A stretch of 60,717 bases of DNA, the filler included, from Dugesia japonica (Eukaryota): assembly GCA_001938525.1 (NCBI GenBank). It is 5 parts of 5 records of this genome, joined end to end, with 100 filler letters (N's around TTAATTAATTAA, not from the genome) between each part and the next. Parts side by side here need not be neighbours in the genome. Positions count along the whole stretch, not along the records: positions 22,624 to 36,631 come from MQRL01587459.1; positions 36,732 to 45,632 come from MQRL01643669.1; positions 45,733 to 60,717 come from MQRL01631884.1; 2 more parts are not named here. The stretch is one strand, 5' to 3'. Made by a program: the position numbers and the translations under genes. This document shows, one piece after another, positions 35,209-48,430 of the stretch. Within the stretch, counting starts at the first letter, position 1, and every line of letters begins with the position of its first letter. The notes under the pieces were generated by a model that searched no databases, was not told the DNA's origin, and saw only the letters and a list, made by a program, of their open reading frames with translations.

Positions 35209-36631
35209 TTAACAATTTAAGCATGTTAGTGTACGATTTATCATCTCTAATCTTAAATGCCACATTAAACATATTAAACAATAACATTTATTACCATGAG
35301 GCCAAGTTGTTGAACCATTATCTTCAATAATTCTTTTATCATCAAAAGCCATTAATCCATTCTTTTTTTGTTTAACTAATTCAATTTTATGACAATCTGA
35401 TTTTAATGAATAATTTGTTGCATAAATTATTTTACTAGGATCTTCTAATACTAAATCAAAATCTGACATTAATAATTTATTATTTTTCTTAACACCTTTA
35501 TTTCTTGAATCAAATTTATCACCGTAAGTATATCCATAAGATTTTGCTTTTATAAAATTACCTTGAGTTATTTCAGAATTAGGTAATTCATCTTTTATCT
35601 GAAATAAATCATCTCCTAATAAAGTTTTTAATCTCTCTAAATTATCTCTACCTTTTATCTCAACAAAGATACTATCAGTATCTCCGTAATGAATTTTATA
35701 ATTATCATTTCCACAAAGATACTATCAGTATCTCCGTAATGAATTTTATAATTATCATTTCCTATTAATGGATCCATTTGTTCGTATATAAAATCATACA
35801 GTACTTGTTTTGCATGTTCAAGAATTGTGAATCCTATATAAGGAAATTTATTATATTTTAATTTACCTTTTGTCATGTTCATTGCTGCAACATTAGCTTC
35901 ATTTGAATCATTTCTTGTAAAAATTTTACTTGATTTAAAATTTACTTTAGATGCAAACTTTTGATAATCTTTGTCATTGTCAACTATTTCTAGGTTACAT
36001 CTATTTCTAATATTTTCTAATGTTTTTCCATAGAATGCATTCAACATTAATTTATAAACATAATCACNNNNNNNNNNNNNNNNNNNNNNNNNNNNNNNNN
36101 NNNNNNNNNNNNNNNNNNNNNNNNNNNNNNNNNNNNNNNNNNNNNNNNNNNNNNNNNNACTTTTGTTAATTTCATTCCAAGTTTTACATATAAATCTAAA
36201 GTACTTCCTAAACATACATAATTTTTCTTATCAAATTGATTCAATGTAAGTTTAATATTTTTCTTTGATAATTTCTTATTAAATGATTTTTGATAATTAC
36301 TTAACATATCTTCTGTAATATTTATTCTTTCTGGTGCTAATGGGAAATATTTAGTTTTATCATGAATTTCAGGTGGATATTCCAAATCAACTTCATAAAT
36401 ATAATTAATTTCATCTGTTGCAATTTCATACGTCAGCTCGTTGCACTCGCTTATTTCACCTGTTGGTAAAGGTCTTGTCATGCAACTTGCATTTAAAGAA
36501 TTTTCATCAATATATTTTATAAATGTTTCTGTGAAATAATCATCTGGAATATTTTCATTTAATAATTTAAGAAGATCTTCTCTTTGTGCTTTATTTATTT
36601 GTCTAAAAGGTTTTGATTTATTATAACTAAA
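35209..36631 (-). CDS. polB: Protein-primed family B DNA polymerase, C-terminal half (N-terminus beyond the contig end)
   Basis: YIDENSLNASCM..PLPTG, YEVDLEYP..HD..FPLAPE, KLMLNAFYGK, YGDTDS, FDDKR..TWPHG; a 50-bp duplication near 35660-35760 breaks the frame. Confidence 0.93.
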
Positions 36632-36731
36632 NNNNNNNNNNNNNNNNNNNNNNNNNNNNNNNNNNNNNNNNNNNNTTAATTAATTAANNNNNNNNNNNNN
36701 NNNNNNNNNNNNNNNNNNNNNNNNNNNNNNN
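36632..36731. other. Artificial contig linker
   Basis: N44-TTAATTAATTAA-N44. Confidence 0.97.
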
Positions 36732-38079
36732 TCAATAAAAAATCATTAATTTCACTTAATTTAAACAACAATTTCATGTAAATCTTATAATATTAATATC
36801 GTCGAGGAGCCACTAATATTGATGTTTATATTATCCAGACGAATTAATGTTGATGTTAATATTGCCCAGGGCGACTAATTTTGATGATAATATCGCGTGA
36901 GGTGACTAATGTTAATATTCCACAGGAAAACGTACACTAAAAAATCATACATTTCACTTAAATTCAACAAAAAATCATTAATTTCAGTTAATTTAAACAA
37001 AAATTTAATCTTGCACTGATGTCTCATCAAATAAAATTTGACCTATAAAAACCCTTGAAAATATTTTATAATGTCTGTAAAAATGGAATGAATTGTGTAA
37101 ATAACAATCAAATTGTATATGTGTTTATTACTTTCTGTGTATGTAAAATTAATATAAATACTGATCGTTTTGTCATAATTTTGTAGAAATATTCGTTTAA
37201 AATCGATCTCTTTAAGTTGCTTTTCCATTTAAATCAAAATCTCGCTTATATGTTTTAAATGTAACACTTACCCTTTAAATACGCAAAATATTATTATTGA
37301 AAAAGGATGTTATTTATATAAGGATATCACATATATTACCATATCTATATTTTGTGTAATATATTACAAATATATAATAGTGTATTGATATACTAACTTC
37401 AAACACCTTAAAATAATCATCTTATATTTTAATTATAGTTTTAAACTACAAACCATACAAATCTTTTCTTGAGTAGAAAAACCCAACACTTTCACTTTAT
37501 TTTAATGAAATTTAAAATAAAATTAAAATTTAATCATATAATTAAATAAAATGCTTACTTGTAAATTGATTAACAAAAATAGTGATGAAACAATGTATAT
37601 TTTGCTTATATATGTAATTTATACACACATTTCATTCAGACCATGTTTAATAAATCTGACAAAACATAAAAAATTTATATATAATAATAAATTTAGTTAT
37701 TTTCAGTATTATTAATTTTCATATTTTTAATTTAACATGACTAAACAAAAATTAATTTATTATATTTAAATTTATGAATTCAACTTAAGATTTTAAACTT
37801 ATAATTTTTAAATCATATGAATTTTAAACTGATAAATTTTAATTTATAATAATTTTAAGCTGATAAATTCTAAATCTTATGAAATTTAAGATTTTGAACT
37901 TTAAATTACAATTTCAAAATATATAAATTTGAATTGTCGAAATTTATTTGTTATATATTGTTAGTTGAGTTTGGAAGACTCAACGTATNATTAATATCAA
38001 AATTTGAATTCATTACAACACTTTATTGAAAATCAAAACTATATCCAACAATATTTATTAAACGAACAAATTAAAATCC

Positions 38080-41000
38080 CGTGTTTGTGTACTGCATTGG
38101 TCTATTATACGGAGAACATATTTTGTTTGACCTCTTGTCTCCGGCAGTGGTTCACTTACATCTATAAATAACAGTTCANNNNNNNNNNNNNNNNNNNNNN
38201 NNNNNNNNNNNNNNNNNNNNNNNNNNNNNNNNNNNNNNNNNNNNNNNNNNNNNNNNNNNNNNNNNNNNNNNNNNNNNNNNNNNNNNNNNNNNNNNNNNNN
38301 NNNNNNNNNNNNNNNNNNNNNCGCTACTTTTTCTGCTCCAGCATGACATAAAAGATGGTGTATCCTCATTAAAACTTCTTCTACTTTATCATCAGGTATC
38401 CATGTTCCTTCATCATTCTCACCAAAATTGTCTTGCTTTTCTTGAATATCTACTGTATTTAACATCCTTGTTTTTAATTTCCCACTTTTGTGATCCTCGT
38501 ATGACATTATACATTGTATACATGTACCACATTCATTCCTTGACAACATATCTGCATTTGTATGAAGCGATCCTTTTCTATATTCCAATTTTATATCTAG
38601 ACTGNNNNNNNNNNNNNNNCAGGTTTGAAACTGTGATGTGATCGGCTTCTTGGTATTTAGCATAAAAGTGATTGCTTTGTGATTTGTTCTGAGGATAAAT
38701 CTCTTTCCATATAAGTAATGTTTGAAATGAATACAAAAATAGTAAATGGCGAGCAATTCTTTCCGTGTAGTACAATATCCTTTCTCATGACTCGTCATTG
38801 CTCGTGACCCATATGCAATTACTCTTTCTTGTCCATTGTTGTACTTTTGAGATAGTACTGCCCCAATCGTATCGAAACTCACATCCGTATCCAAAATAAA
38901 TCCTCTATTTATATCTGGAAAACATAATATCAGAGACATCATTAGTGCTTCTTTCATTCCATTAAAAACTTCTTCTAATTCGTTCGCCCATTCAATTTTC
39001 TTCTTACTTGGCCCACTTCACAGCTGTTTCAATTATCTAGCTTTCTTTGAATAATCTTTAATAAAATTTCGATAGTAATTACAAATTCCAAAAAAGCTTC
39101 TCATTTTCTTAACGCAGCTTGGTTTACCTAAGTTCTTAATTAGATTTTAGTTGCTTTTATTTTAGTTGGATCTGTTTTGACACAATCTTTACTGATAACG
39201 TGTCCCAAAAATTTAATCTCTTTTCGCATGAATTGACATTTTTCCGGAATAACTCTAATACCAGCCTTTCTAATTTCTGTTAATACGCTATTGATTATTT
39301 CATAGTGTTGTTCTTTTGTTTCGGTAAATATGAGAATATAATCTAGATAAACCATCGCTCCTTTTATTTTTCCGATTACTTTATTCATCATTTTATGAAA
39401 CGTACCTGGTGCTGCTGCAATTCCAAAAGGTATTCTATTGAAACAAAATTGCCCTTGTTTGGTAGAAAACGCAGTCTTCTCTTGAGGATCTTACTGAGTT
39501 CCACTTGATAGTATGTATTTCTCAGGTGTATTGAGGTAAAATACTGCGTACCTTCCAAAGCATCTAGCATTTCGTCCAAATTTGCATAGGAAACGCTTGT
39601 CTTTTTGTTATTGAATTGAGCAGTCTAAAGTCTAAACATAATCCTTTATCCTTTTTTTCCTTTTTCCAAACACAGATTAATGGCGTATTCCATTGCGAAA
39701 AACACTTCCGAATGATACCATTATCATATAGATTCTAGATGGCCTCTTCAATCTTCTCCTCTAGATTCATTGGCTGGCGATACGGTTTTATGTTAATTGG
39801 ACCACCTTAAGTGATTATTTGATGCTTCGTTAAGTGTGTATATCCAATGTCACATTTATCCGCCATAAAAACATCATCATTATTTTGAATAATCGCAGTC
39901 AGTTTATGATCTTTTTTTATATCTAGAATGTCTATTGCATGTGTCAATCGTTCACCCGCCTGTATCTGCTTTCCAAATTTTGCCTCAATGTTGCATGCAA
40001 ATCTTTCTCGATGATTTTTAATGTTTAACGTGAACTTTTTTTGATGATGATACCCAAACATATTCTGAAATTCCACTCCATCAATTAGATCTGGCAGTAA
40101 TTTCTCTATTAATATAAATGTTACTTCCTTGCACACCTCTAAAACTACAACTTTGACATGTGTCTTTCCAATCGTCTCCAATGAGCTGTTATTCGCGCAA
40201 CGCAATCGTTCATCGCTTTTCTCTAGCATTGTTTCTCCGAGTCTATTAAATCCTTTCATGTTCATCACATTTATTCTTACTCCGGTATCTGACAAACAAT
40301 CAAACTTTTCATTGGGAATAACACTTTCCATTGTGTTTAGTATAAGGCTCCTATCATCTCGTCTTCTGACGGAGCCCTCCCATTTGGGNNNNNNNNNNNN
40401 NNNNNNNNNNNNNNNNNNNNNNNNNNNNNNNNNTATTCGTATATTTCTCTGTTAGGTGATTTGTCTCTGACTGCGTCTATGATATTTTGCCCATTGTTCC
40501 GTTTTGATGTATCGTTCTGTGTCAACCTTTTATTGTTTGACACTCTTATCATCTAATTTTCCTCTATCATACTCGGCCTGTCTTTTTTACCTGTTGAATC
40601 CTTCCACCTTACGTTCTACATTCATTTGTTCGATGTCCATTAAGTGTACACTANNNNNNNNNNNNNNNNNNNNNNNNNNNNNNNNNNNNNNNNNNNNNNN
40701 NNNTGCCCATTGTTCCGTTTTGATGTATCGTTCTGTGTCAACCTTTTATTGTTTGACACTCTTATCATCTCATTTTCTTCTATCATACTCGGCCAGTCTT
40801 TTTTACCTGTTGAATCCTTCCACCTTACGTTCTACATTCATTTGTTCGATGTCCATTAAGTGTACACTATAGGCATTTTATCTACGTGCTAAAACGCCTT
40901 ATTTNNNNNNNNNNNNNNNNNNNNNNNNNNNNNNNNNNNNNNNNNNNNNNNNNNNNNNNNNNNNNNNNNNNNNNNNNNNNNNNNNNNNNNNNNNNNNNNN

Positions 41001-41520
41001 NNNNNNNNNNNNNNNNNNNNNNNNNNNNNNNNNNNNNNNNNNNNNNNNNNNNNNNNNNNNNNNNNNNNNNNNNNNNNNNNNNNNNNNNNNNNNNNNNNNN
41101 NNNNNNNNNNNNNNNNNNNNNNNNNNNNNNNNNNNNNNNNNNNTCTATCAATGGTTCGCATAAGCGTATTAATGCCGTCTGAATCTTTAATATTTTGGAT
41201 TGCCATATTTTTCTTAATTTCGCCGACATTACAACAATGCATAATAAGTTCTTTCCCAATTTTTTCCTTATCGTTGTATGCCATCAGTAACTCGTCAATT
41301 TCTTCCAAAAAACTGTCAACATCCTCTTCTTGTCGTCTATATGACAATACGCTTTCAATATCCTTTACAAATGACTTTTCCTTGACGAATAAACGTCTTA
41401 ATCTATCTTCGTAACCATGTCCATCATCGGCTTTTTCGAATCTTCTCCTCAATTTATGATCACGTAGGCCTACAATTACCAGTTCTCTGGTACTTTTCAA
41501 TACGTTTGCTCAACGTCATC
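38080..41520 (-). mobile_element. Decayed Ty3/Gypsy element (gag, protease, RT, RNase H, truncated integrase)
   Basis: LSDTGVRINV, WNTPLICVWKK..LCLDFR, YLDYIL, FILDTDVS..IGAVLSQ; LTRs not identifiable. Confidence 0.88.
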
Positions 41521-41830
41521 TCCTTTATGATATATTTTTGGCCTCAAAGCTTGTACGAGCAGGTCCTTTGTCGNNNNNNNNNNNNNNNNNNNNNNNNNNN
41601 NNNNNNNNNNNNNNNNNNNNNNNNNNNNNNNNNNNNNNNNNNNNNNNNNNNNNNNNNNNNNNNNNNNNNNNNNNNNNNNNNNNNNNNNNNNNNNNNNNNN
41701 NNNNNNNNNNNNNNNNNNNNNNNNNNNNNNNNNNNNNNNNNNNNNNNNNNNNNNNNNNNNNNNNNNNNNNNNNNNNNNNNNNNNNNNNNNNNNNNNNNNN
41801 NNNNNNNNNNNNNNNNNNNNNNNNNNNNNN

Positions 41831-41895
<65 letters not shown>
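41831..41895. repeat. (TTA)n microsatellite
   Basis: Direct observation. Confidence 0.95.
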
Positions 41896-43500
41896 GTAAA
41901 TAATTTTAGGGGTGAAAGGTCTGATTTTTAAATATTTTCATTAAAATTTAATCCGCAAAAAAATGGTGTTTGTCATTAAATTCTGATCAATAACATATGG
42001 TTAGTGTTGATTTACCTTTTAATTGAGGAGTTTTAGTATATGTTTAAATGTTGATTTTATTATCTTTAAAAATGGCTAACTGAGAATATGAATTATTTAA
42101 CGTATTAGAATCTAATAATTAAATCAAATCAAATCTCAAAAAAATTTATTTGCAAGAAAATATAATGAAATAAAATTTAAAAATCCTATAAATGAAAGAT
42201 TCGTTAATTGCTCAAATAATGGGGCTTACAATTAGAACATTAAAATTTTATGTAAATTAAGATTATAAGAAAAAACTAAAAGAAATATTCGAAAGAAATA
42301 TTTTTTTAATTCAAAAAAAAAATGAAAATGAACTAAATAAATATGGAAATTATATTTATGTGAATTAATTGTAAATACAGTTGAAAAAATAAAAGAAAAT
42401 GAAATGATAAATCATTACTTGAAAATTGAAATGAAAATCATTGAATATTTAGTTATGCAAATATAAATTATTTACAAAGAAAAATTTAAAAACATAAATA
42501 AATCAAAAAGAAAACAAATTAGGTCATGGAAACACAACAAACTATGAAGATAAACATATAAATGAAGCAAAAAAATATTATGAAAAAAAAATGTATAAAA
42601 AAATAACTCATTTATAAAATGGAGATAATATTGTTAGATTTTAAAACAAAGGATAACAAAAGTTCGATTCCGAGAAGGAATATTTTATTAGAGGGGAGTA
42701 ATCTGTTAGGACAGAATTCGATCTAAACGATTTTGAGTGTAGAAGTAGCAGAAATAACATAATTTTTAAAGGAAAATAAAATTAGACAACAAATAAAATA
42801 ATTCCAATATACTATAACCGAATTATACAAATTATATTAAATATAGAATAAAAACAATCCTCAAATATAACAGATTTATATGTGGAAAGAATAAACGATT
42901 TTATTAATTCTCAAAATTTTTAAATTAATAAAATCCACTAATGTAATTGATTTACATAAAAAAGAAATTGTTAGCAGAAAAAGAAAATATTTCAAATAAA
43001 TTGATTTCATTTGTGCAAAAAACATAAGCGGTTCATAATTAATTACAATGATATCTGTAATATTAAATGAATTAATTATTAAATAATTGAATTTGTAGAG
43101 TAAAAAAATATTTTTCAACAAACCAAAATGAATTATTATAAATAGAATAAATTTTAAAATTAATGTACCCAATCAGGAAATTCAAATAACTCAAAACTGA
43201 AAAACAAAATAAATTGAAGCCTCAGACAAATAGAAAATGTCTTTATCTAAATCCATATTAAGATGAAGGATTGCATAAATTTATTTAAAATACTTTCGAA
43301 TATCAATATCTAGAATTAACAAATGGTTTTATTAAAATTACTTAAAATTAAAAAATTTCGGAATAATATATTTATCACAAGTAAATGTTTATGAAATGTT
43401 TATCGTTCGATGCTAATACTGATCAGCATATTTTACAAAAGGAGGAGTTACTATTTCTGAGTAATCTTTGAACTTTAAATTTGTTTCTGTTGGCATAGTG

Positions 43501-45450
43501 CAGGGGTTGGGAACCTTTTCATATAGGCGTGCCATTTATTTTTCCCTTGAGCGTCAGCGTGCCACTTTGCTAAAAGTCCTATTGTATCTTTTCAATTATG
43601 ACCGTATGTTTACTTTTAGGTGGAGCACATAATGAAAAGTTATAAAAGAGTAAAAAACGAGTACAAACAGAAAACAAACATTTATTATGTAAAACAATAG
43701 TATTTAATGTGAGCCTTGTCCTTGAATAGACTTGCTTCATTTTTTGATAATCTAAAAATGAAGCAAGTCTAAATGCACAAGCTGTTTTTTAGACATAAAT
43801 TTATCAGGTAGTGACAACAAACAGTCTAAAAAAAGTTCCCCCTTTCCTTTTGGTCTATTTCGCAGATTATTTCGTAATTCGCGAAACTTGATTTTCCATA
43901 ATTCCGATGACGTCAATTTAATGAGCTCCATTTCTAATTTTTCAATCTTTAACGACTCCAATACAGATAAATCAAACGGAAGGTTTACTGGATCAAGTAA
44001 GTCTGGTTTAATCAAAAGATTGAAGAGAAGCATTGAGTTCTCGAAATCTTTACATCTATTATCGGCCTCTTGCTTAAGTAACTCGATATAGCACAGCAAT
44101 TCTTCTTTGCTTATAATATACTTTTCTGCAAGATTCTTAACATTTGGAAGATATCTATAATTTTCTGTGTAAATATCAAGCCTAAAAAATATATAAGTTT
44201 AGAGCTATATCCCTTCCAATTTTCGTATAATTCAATAACAGTTTGAAATTTACCCTGCAGTCCTACATTTAATTCATTTAAATGCATTGTTGAATCTGTT
44301 AGAAACATCAATTTCTTCAGCCACTCCACATACTCTAATTCAACACAGGGTTGTTTCTTTTCGCATAAAAATTTTTTAATTTCTTCTATACATGAGACAA
44401 ATCTGATCAACACATTACCTCTACTAAGCCAACGAACATTACAGAATAGTGTAAGATCCTTATATTCACCGTTTATTTCTTCTAATAAGGTTTTTAATTG
44501 TCTGTGCATTAGAGATGAACGAGACACTGTCAGATTAACTATTTTTATCATTGTATTCATTACCGAATTTAAGCTCTGTGAAGAAATTTTAACAACTAAA
44601 TTTTCCTGGTGTATAATACAATGAAACCTTATAACTTTACACCCAATATAGTTTTCAAAAAGCTTAACAAATCCATCCGTTGTAATGCTAAATATTTTAT
44701 TCATATTGATTTTTCGCTATTCTAAAATTCTATAAATTTATCAAAAATATCCTTTCCTTTAGTTGTTCCAGAAAGTTAACAAAGACAACAGTACTTCTCT
44801 TGAATACTATTATTAGCAACATATGTAACTATAATAGCTAGGTGCACATATCATTAACATCTGTACTTTCATCAAGAGCAGCACAGAATGAAGTTACTTT
44901 TTGCAACACATTATTTGGCTTTAACGATATATCCTGCGCTATTTGGGATATTCGTCTTTTTATTGTCCGCCTTGAATATCAAATGTATATCTTGAATCCG
45001 TGATAAAATTGTCCCTATGTTTGGTAAATCATCAAGCATTATTTCAGCACATCTGTAAATAGCTTCTTTTATATGTTCACCATAAGAAAATGGTTTTACC
45101 TTAGCAGATATACATTGACCTAAAATGAAGCTGCACTCAGTTGCTCTATCTTTACTAGATAGCGTCTGGCGAAAAACTGTGATTTGCTGCTTATGTTCTT
45201 TAATTGCCCTTGTGATATAAGATCTCTTTTCATCATCAGTCGAAAATCTTAGCTGGTGTTTAGTGCAAAAATGTCTTTGTACATTCGATGTTTCAACATA
45301 CAACACTTTCTCCACAAAATACACATATAGCTTTATCTTTAAAAAACAAATTCATATTCTTCCTTCCAACTATCTTTATAAACTTGCACATCACCTTTGG
45401 TTATTTTTGAAAATGTCAAATAATTTGTGTTGGAATTGGATTGCATAAAA
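43501..45450 (-). mobile_element. hAT transposon (Buster/SPIN/GTF2IRD2-like), decayed transposase
   Basis: TIR CAGGGGTTGGGAACCTTTT at 43501 next to GCATAGTG (central TA); ALDESTD, ITTDG, HCIIHQENL, VRWLSRG, HLNELNVGLQG. Confidence 0.9.
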
Positions 45451-45632
45451 TAACGGTGAAAGTATTTTACTTGTATAAAAATTTTTCTTGCCATCTAAAT
45501 CCCAAAAACGTAATAAATATTGCTTTGCAGAATATTAATATAGTAATATAGTAATATAATATTATACTGTATAAAGTTTATTAAGTTTTTAATCTTATCT
45601 ATAGTACAAATGTATGTATCTATGTGTGTGCT

Positions 45633-45732
45633 NNNNNNNNNNNNNNNNNNNNNNNNNNNNNNNNNNNNNNNNNNNNTTAATTAATTAANNNNNNNNNNNN
45701 NNNNNNNNNNNNNNNNNNNNNNNNNNNNNNNN
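45633..45732. other. Artificial contig linker
   Basis: N44-TTAATTAATTAA-N44. Confidence 0.97.
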
Positions 45733-46889
45733 TTTTAAACGCCAAAATTTTTAATAATAAATAGACTCGTAGTATAATTCTGAAAATCGATAATTTTTTC
45801 TTATTCACTTCCTTTAACTTATTTCATTCGAATTTGTACAACCCATTCTTGATGGTGTCAGTTTAATATTTCAACCTGAGTTTGTTTTAATTCATTTTGG
45901 AATTTATTTAATTTAGAGTATTATGAAATTTTGATTTATTTCAATTTTCCCTTTTTTCAAGAGGATTAACAAATTAATGATAATTTACAATTTTAATATT
46001 TTTAAATAAGAAAACCTTCAAAATACCTATTAAAAGAAAAATCTGAAAACAGAATTCCCGTATGAGTTATGTTGTGAAAACTTGTACGAATCTATGAATA
46101 AAATTTATAACAAATTACAAATTTGATGAAAGTGAACCAAATAAAAAAATTAATTTTTAATTTTTAAATTCTATTTGGTTCTCTTGTTTTCCAATGATTG
46201 TGACAGAATTGCTACTCGCTTAAATCTATTTTTAATCGCTTGTCAAATGTTTATTTCTTTGGCTGGAGACAAATATTATTTTCAAATATTAAGAAAACGA
46301 AATTCGTTTTTATTTTTGAATTTATAATAAAAAAAACATTTTTTAATTTATTAGTAGTTAAAAGAAATTTTTTAGAATTCAAATTTTTACTTACTTTATT
46401 CTTTGTGTATGTTTCAAGTTTTCATTTAAAAATGATATAAATTTAACTTTTCAAAAATTATTTATTAATCATTTAACATACTTATTAAATAATAAATAAA
46501 TATATTTNATATCACAAATTATCAATTGTTCCATTGCAATACTTCCGCCTTCGACTAAAGCCTTTCTGTGTACTCAATAAAAATACACGCAGACAAAATA
46601 ATTAAAAAATGTAAATGTTTCACAACCAAAATATATTGATTTCTCATAGTATGTTTATTTGGAATCGTCAAAAGCTTGTTTGCCTATCATTAATGATCTC
46701 TGATCTCATCATATTCAATCGATCGAAATTTTCTCAGCTTCCTCTGGTCTCTGGTTTGCATAGATACCATTAACTCTCTCTTCTATTAGTTTATCATGAG
46801 CTTACACTGGTTCATTGTAATTATTCACAAAGTGTAAAGAATTGTTGGAAATCTATTTCAAATTTTTCCATTCGATATTGGAAGCAAAT

Positions 46890-47320
46890 ATCTTAGTTTT
46901 CAGAGTAACAATTTTTGATTTTGGAATTTCCCATTTCTTTAAGTATAATATTGAAGTATCCAAGAACCAAAATATGTTCAGAACAATTTTTCCATGATAA
47001 CTTGGAGTTTATCTTTGATGTATTAATATTTCGCGATATTTGAGTTGTGTGTATGTTCCATGTTTTCAAGATTATAATAGTCCAAGATCTTGGCGTCCAG
47101 AAGTCAAAGTTCTTGGCAATCTTCAATCTCAATTTTTAAGCCTACTCTAAAAAGTGAGTTCAGTAGATTGTATTTTCTGTCTTGAATAATCTTCCAGCTT
47201 GGGCTTGAATTTTGAAAAGCCAAAAATAAAAGATTAACTATCGCATTGTGCTTGTCAATGACATAATACGAATTAGCTAAGCATGACCCAAGCACGTGAT
47301 ATTGGAATTCAATATCAAAG
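46890..47320 (-). mobile_element. Possible RLE-type non-LTR retrotransposon relic
   Basis: HVLGSC...Y.IDKHNAIV resembles the CCHC-RHN motif preceding restriction-like endonucleases; otherwise degraded. Confidence 0.4.
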
Positions 47321-47467
47321 TTTCATTTTTTGTTCCGTATTAAAATTATGAAATTTTAGATATTATGTTGGTTAAAAAAGGAATATCCGTTTTAAATAGT
47401 TAAAATTTAAAGCAAATAACTCATTTAATAATAACGTTTATTAAATAAAAATTAATCGAAATAAAAT

Positions 47468-47632
47468 CCATTACTATCTACACATTTTTGCCAACGACAA
47501 ACAAGTTTCTGAATTCCGGCAAAAAATCTAAATTCAGGGTTTTTTTAGTTGATGAACTCGTTGAATGCCATTTCAGCATCATATAAATATTTTAAGCATT
47601 TCTGGAGCAGGAAGTTGTCAAAATGTTTGTAT
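47468..47632 (-). mobile_element. Mariner 3' relic
   Basis: KHFDNFL..AFNEFI..GIQKLVCRWQKCVDSNG. Confidence 0.75.
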
Positions 47633-48019
47633 AAGAAAATAAATATGAATGAAGAATTTCAAATAATAAAAATAGAATAAAACAATTATAATTATACAAT
47701 TGGTTCTATTTAACATATATTTATTTAATTACTTATCTTTGTTAGTGTGAATAAAATAATGTCGAAGATTAATAGTTGTAATTTCAAAAACAATTGATCT
47801 TTATAAGAATTATCTAACACCTTGAAGTATAAAAGTTGTTATCAAAATACTGACCAGAAATAATGATTTAAAATAATATCTAATCTGATAATAAATATTC
47901 AAATATTTAAACAAATATGAAACAACAAACTTCAACTATGTAAAAACCGACATTCATGTTTTACAAACATAATACTATATAAATAATTAAAGAAAAACGG
48001 AAATTTTTTAATAAAAAAT

Positions 48020-48430
48020 TTGAAACGCCATTTAAATATATATTTCTGCATTACATGATTCGACAGAATATCTGTCATCTTAGAATACACAAATTGAATT
48101 CTGCTTTTGAAAATTCTTTATTTAAACAATATTTAATTTTGTTTTTTAATTTAAAAAAAAATTATTATACATAAAACATTCTGATTATGTAAACAATTAT
48201 GCAATCTCTCCAATAAATCAAATTAATTACAAACATTGAATAAATATTTCAAAAGACCAGTTTGAACATTAATTTTTGGATCAATTGATCTAATCATCAA
48301 TGCTTTACACAAATTACTCTCTCCAATAATCTTTAAAGTTTTTACATACAACTTTAAAATTATTTATATTTCTAATTGATTTGCAATTATTGTTATCTTC
48401 AACAATATAATCATATTACTTTCAAGCAAT
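48020..48430 (-). mobile_element. Penelope-like 3' relic, paralog of 13735-14092
   Basis: Colinear nucleotide similarity, including the GACAGA/TCTGTC hairpin. Confidence 0.6.

Larger units (their letters stand above)
22624..36631. mobile_element. Polinton/Maverick (adintovirus-type) endogenous dsDNA virus, truncated at both contig ends
   Basis: Intronless dense gene array with pPolB, rve integrase, packaging ATPase, adenain, major and minor capsid proteins. Confidence 0.95.
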
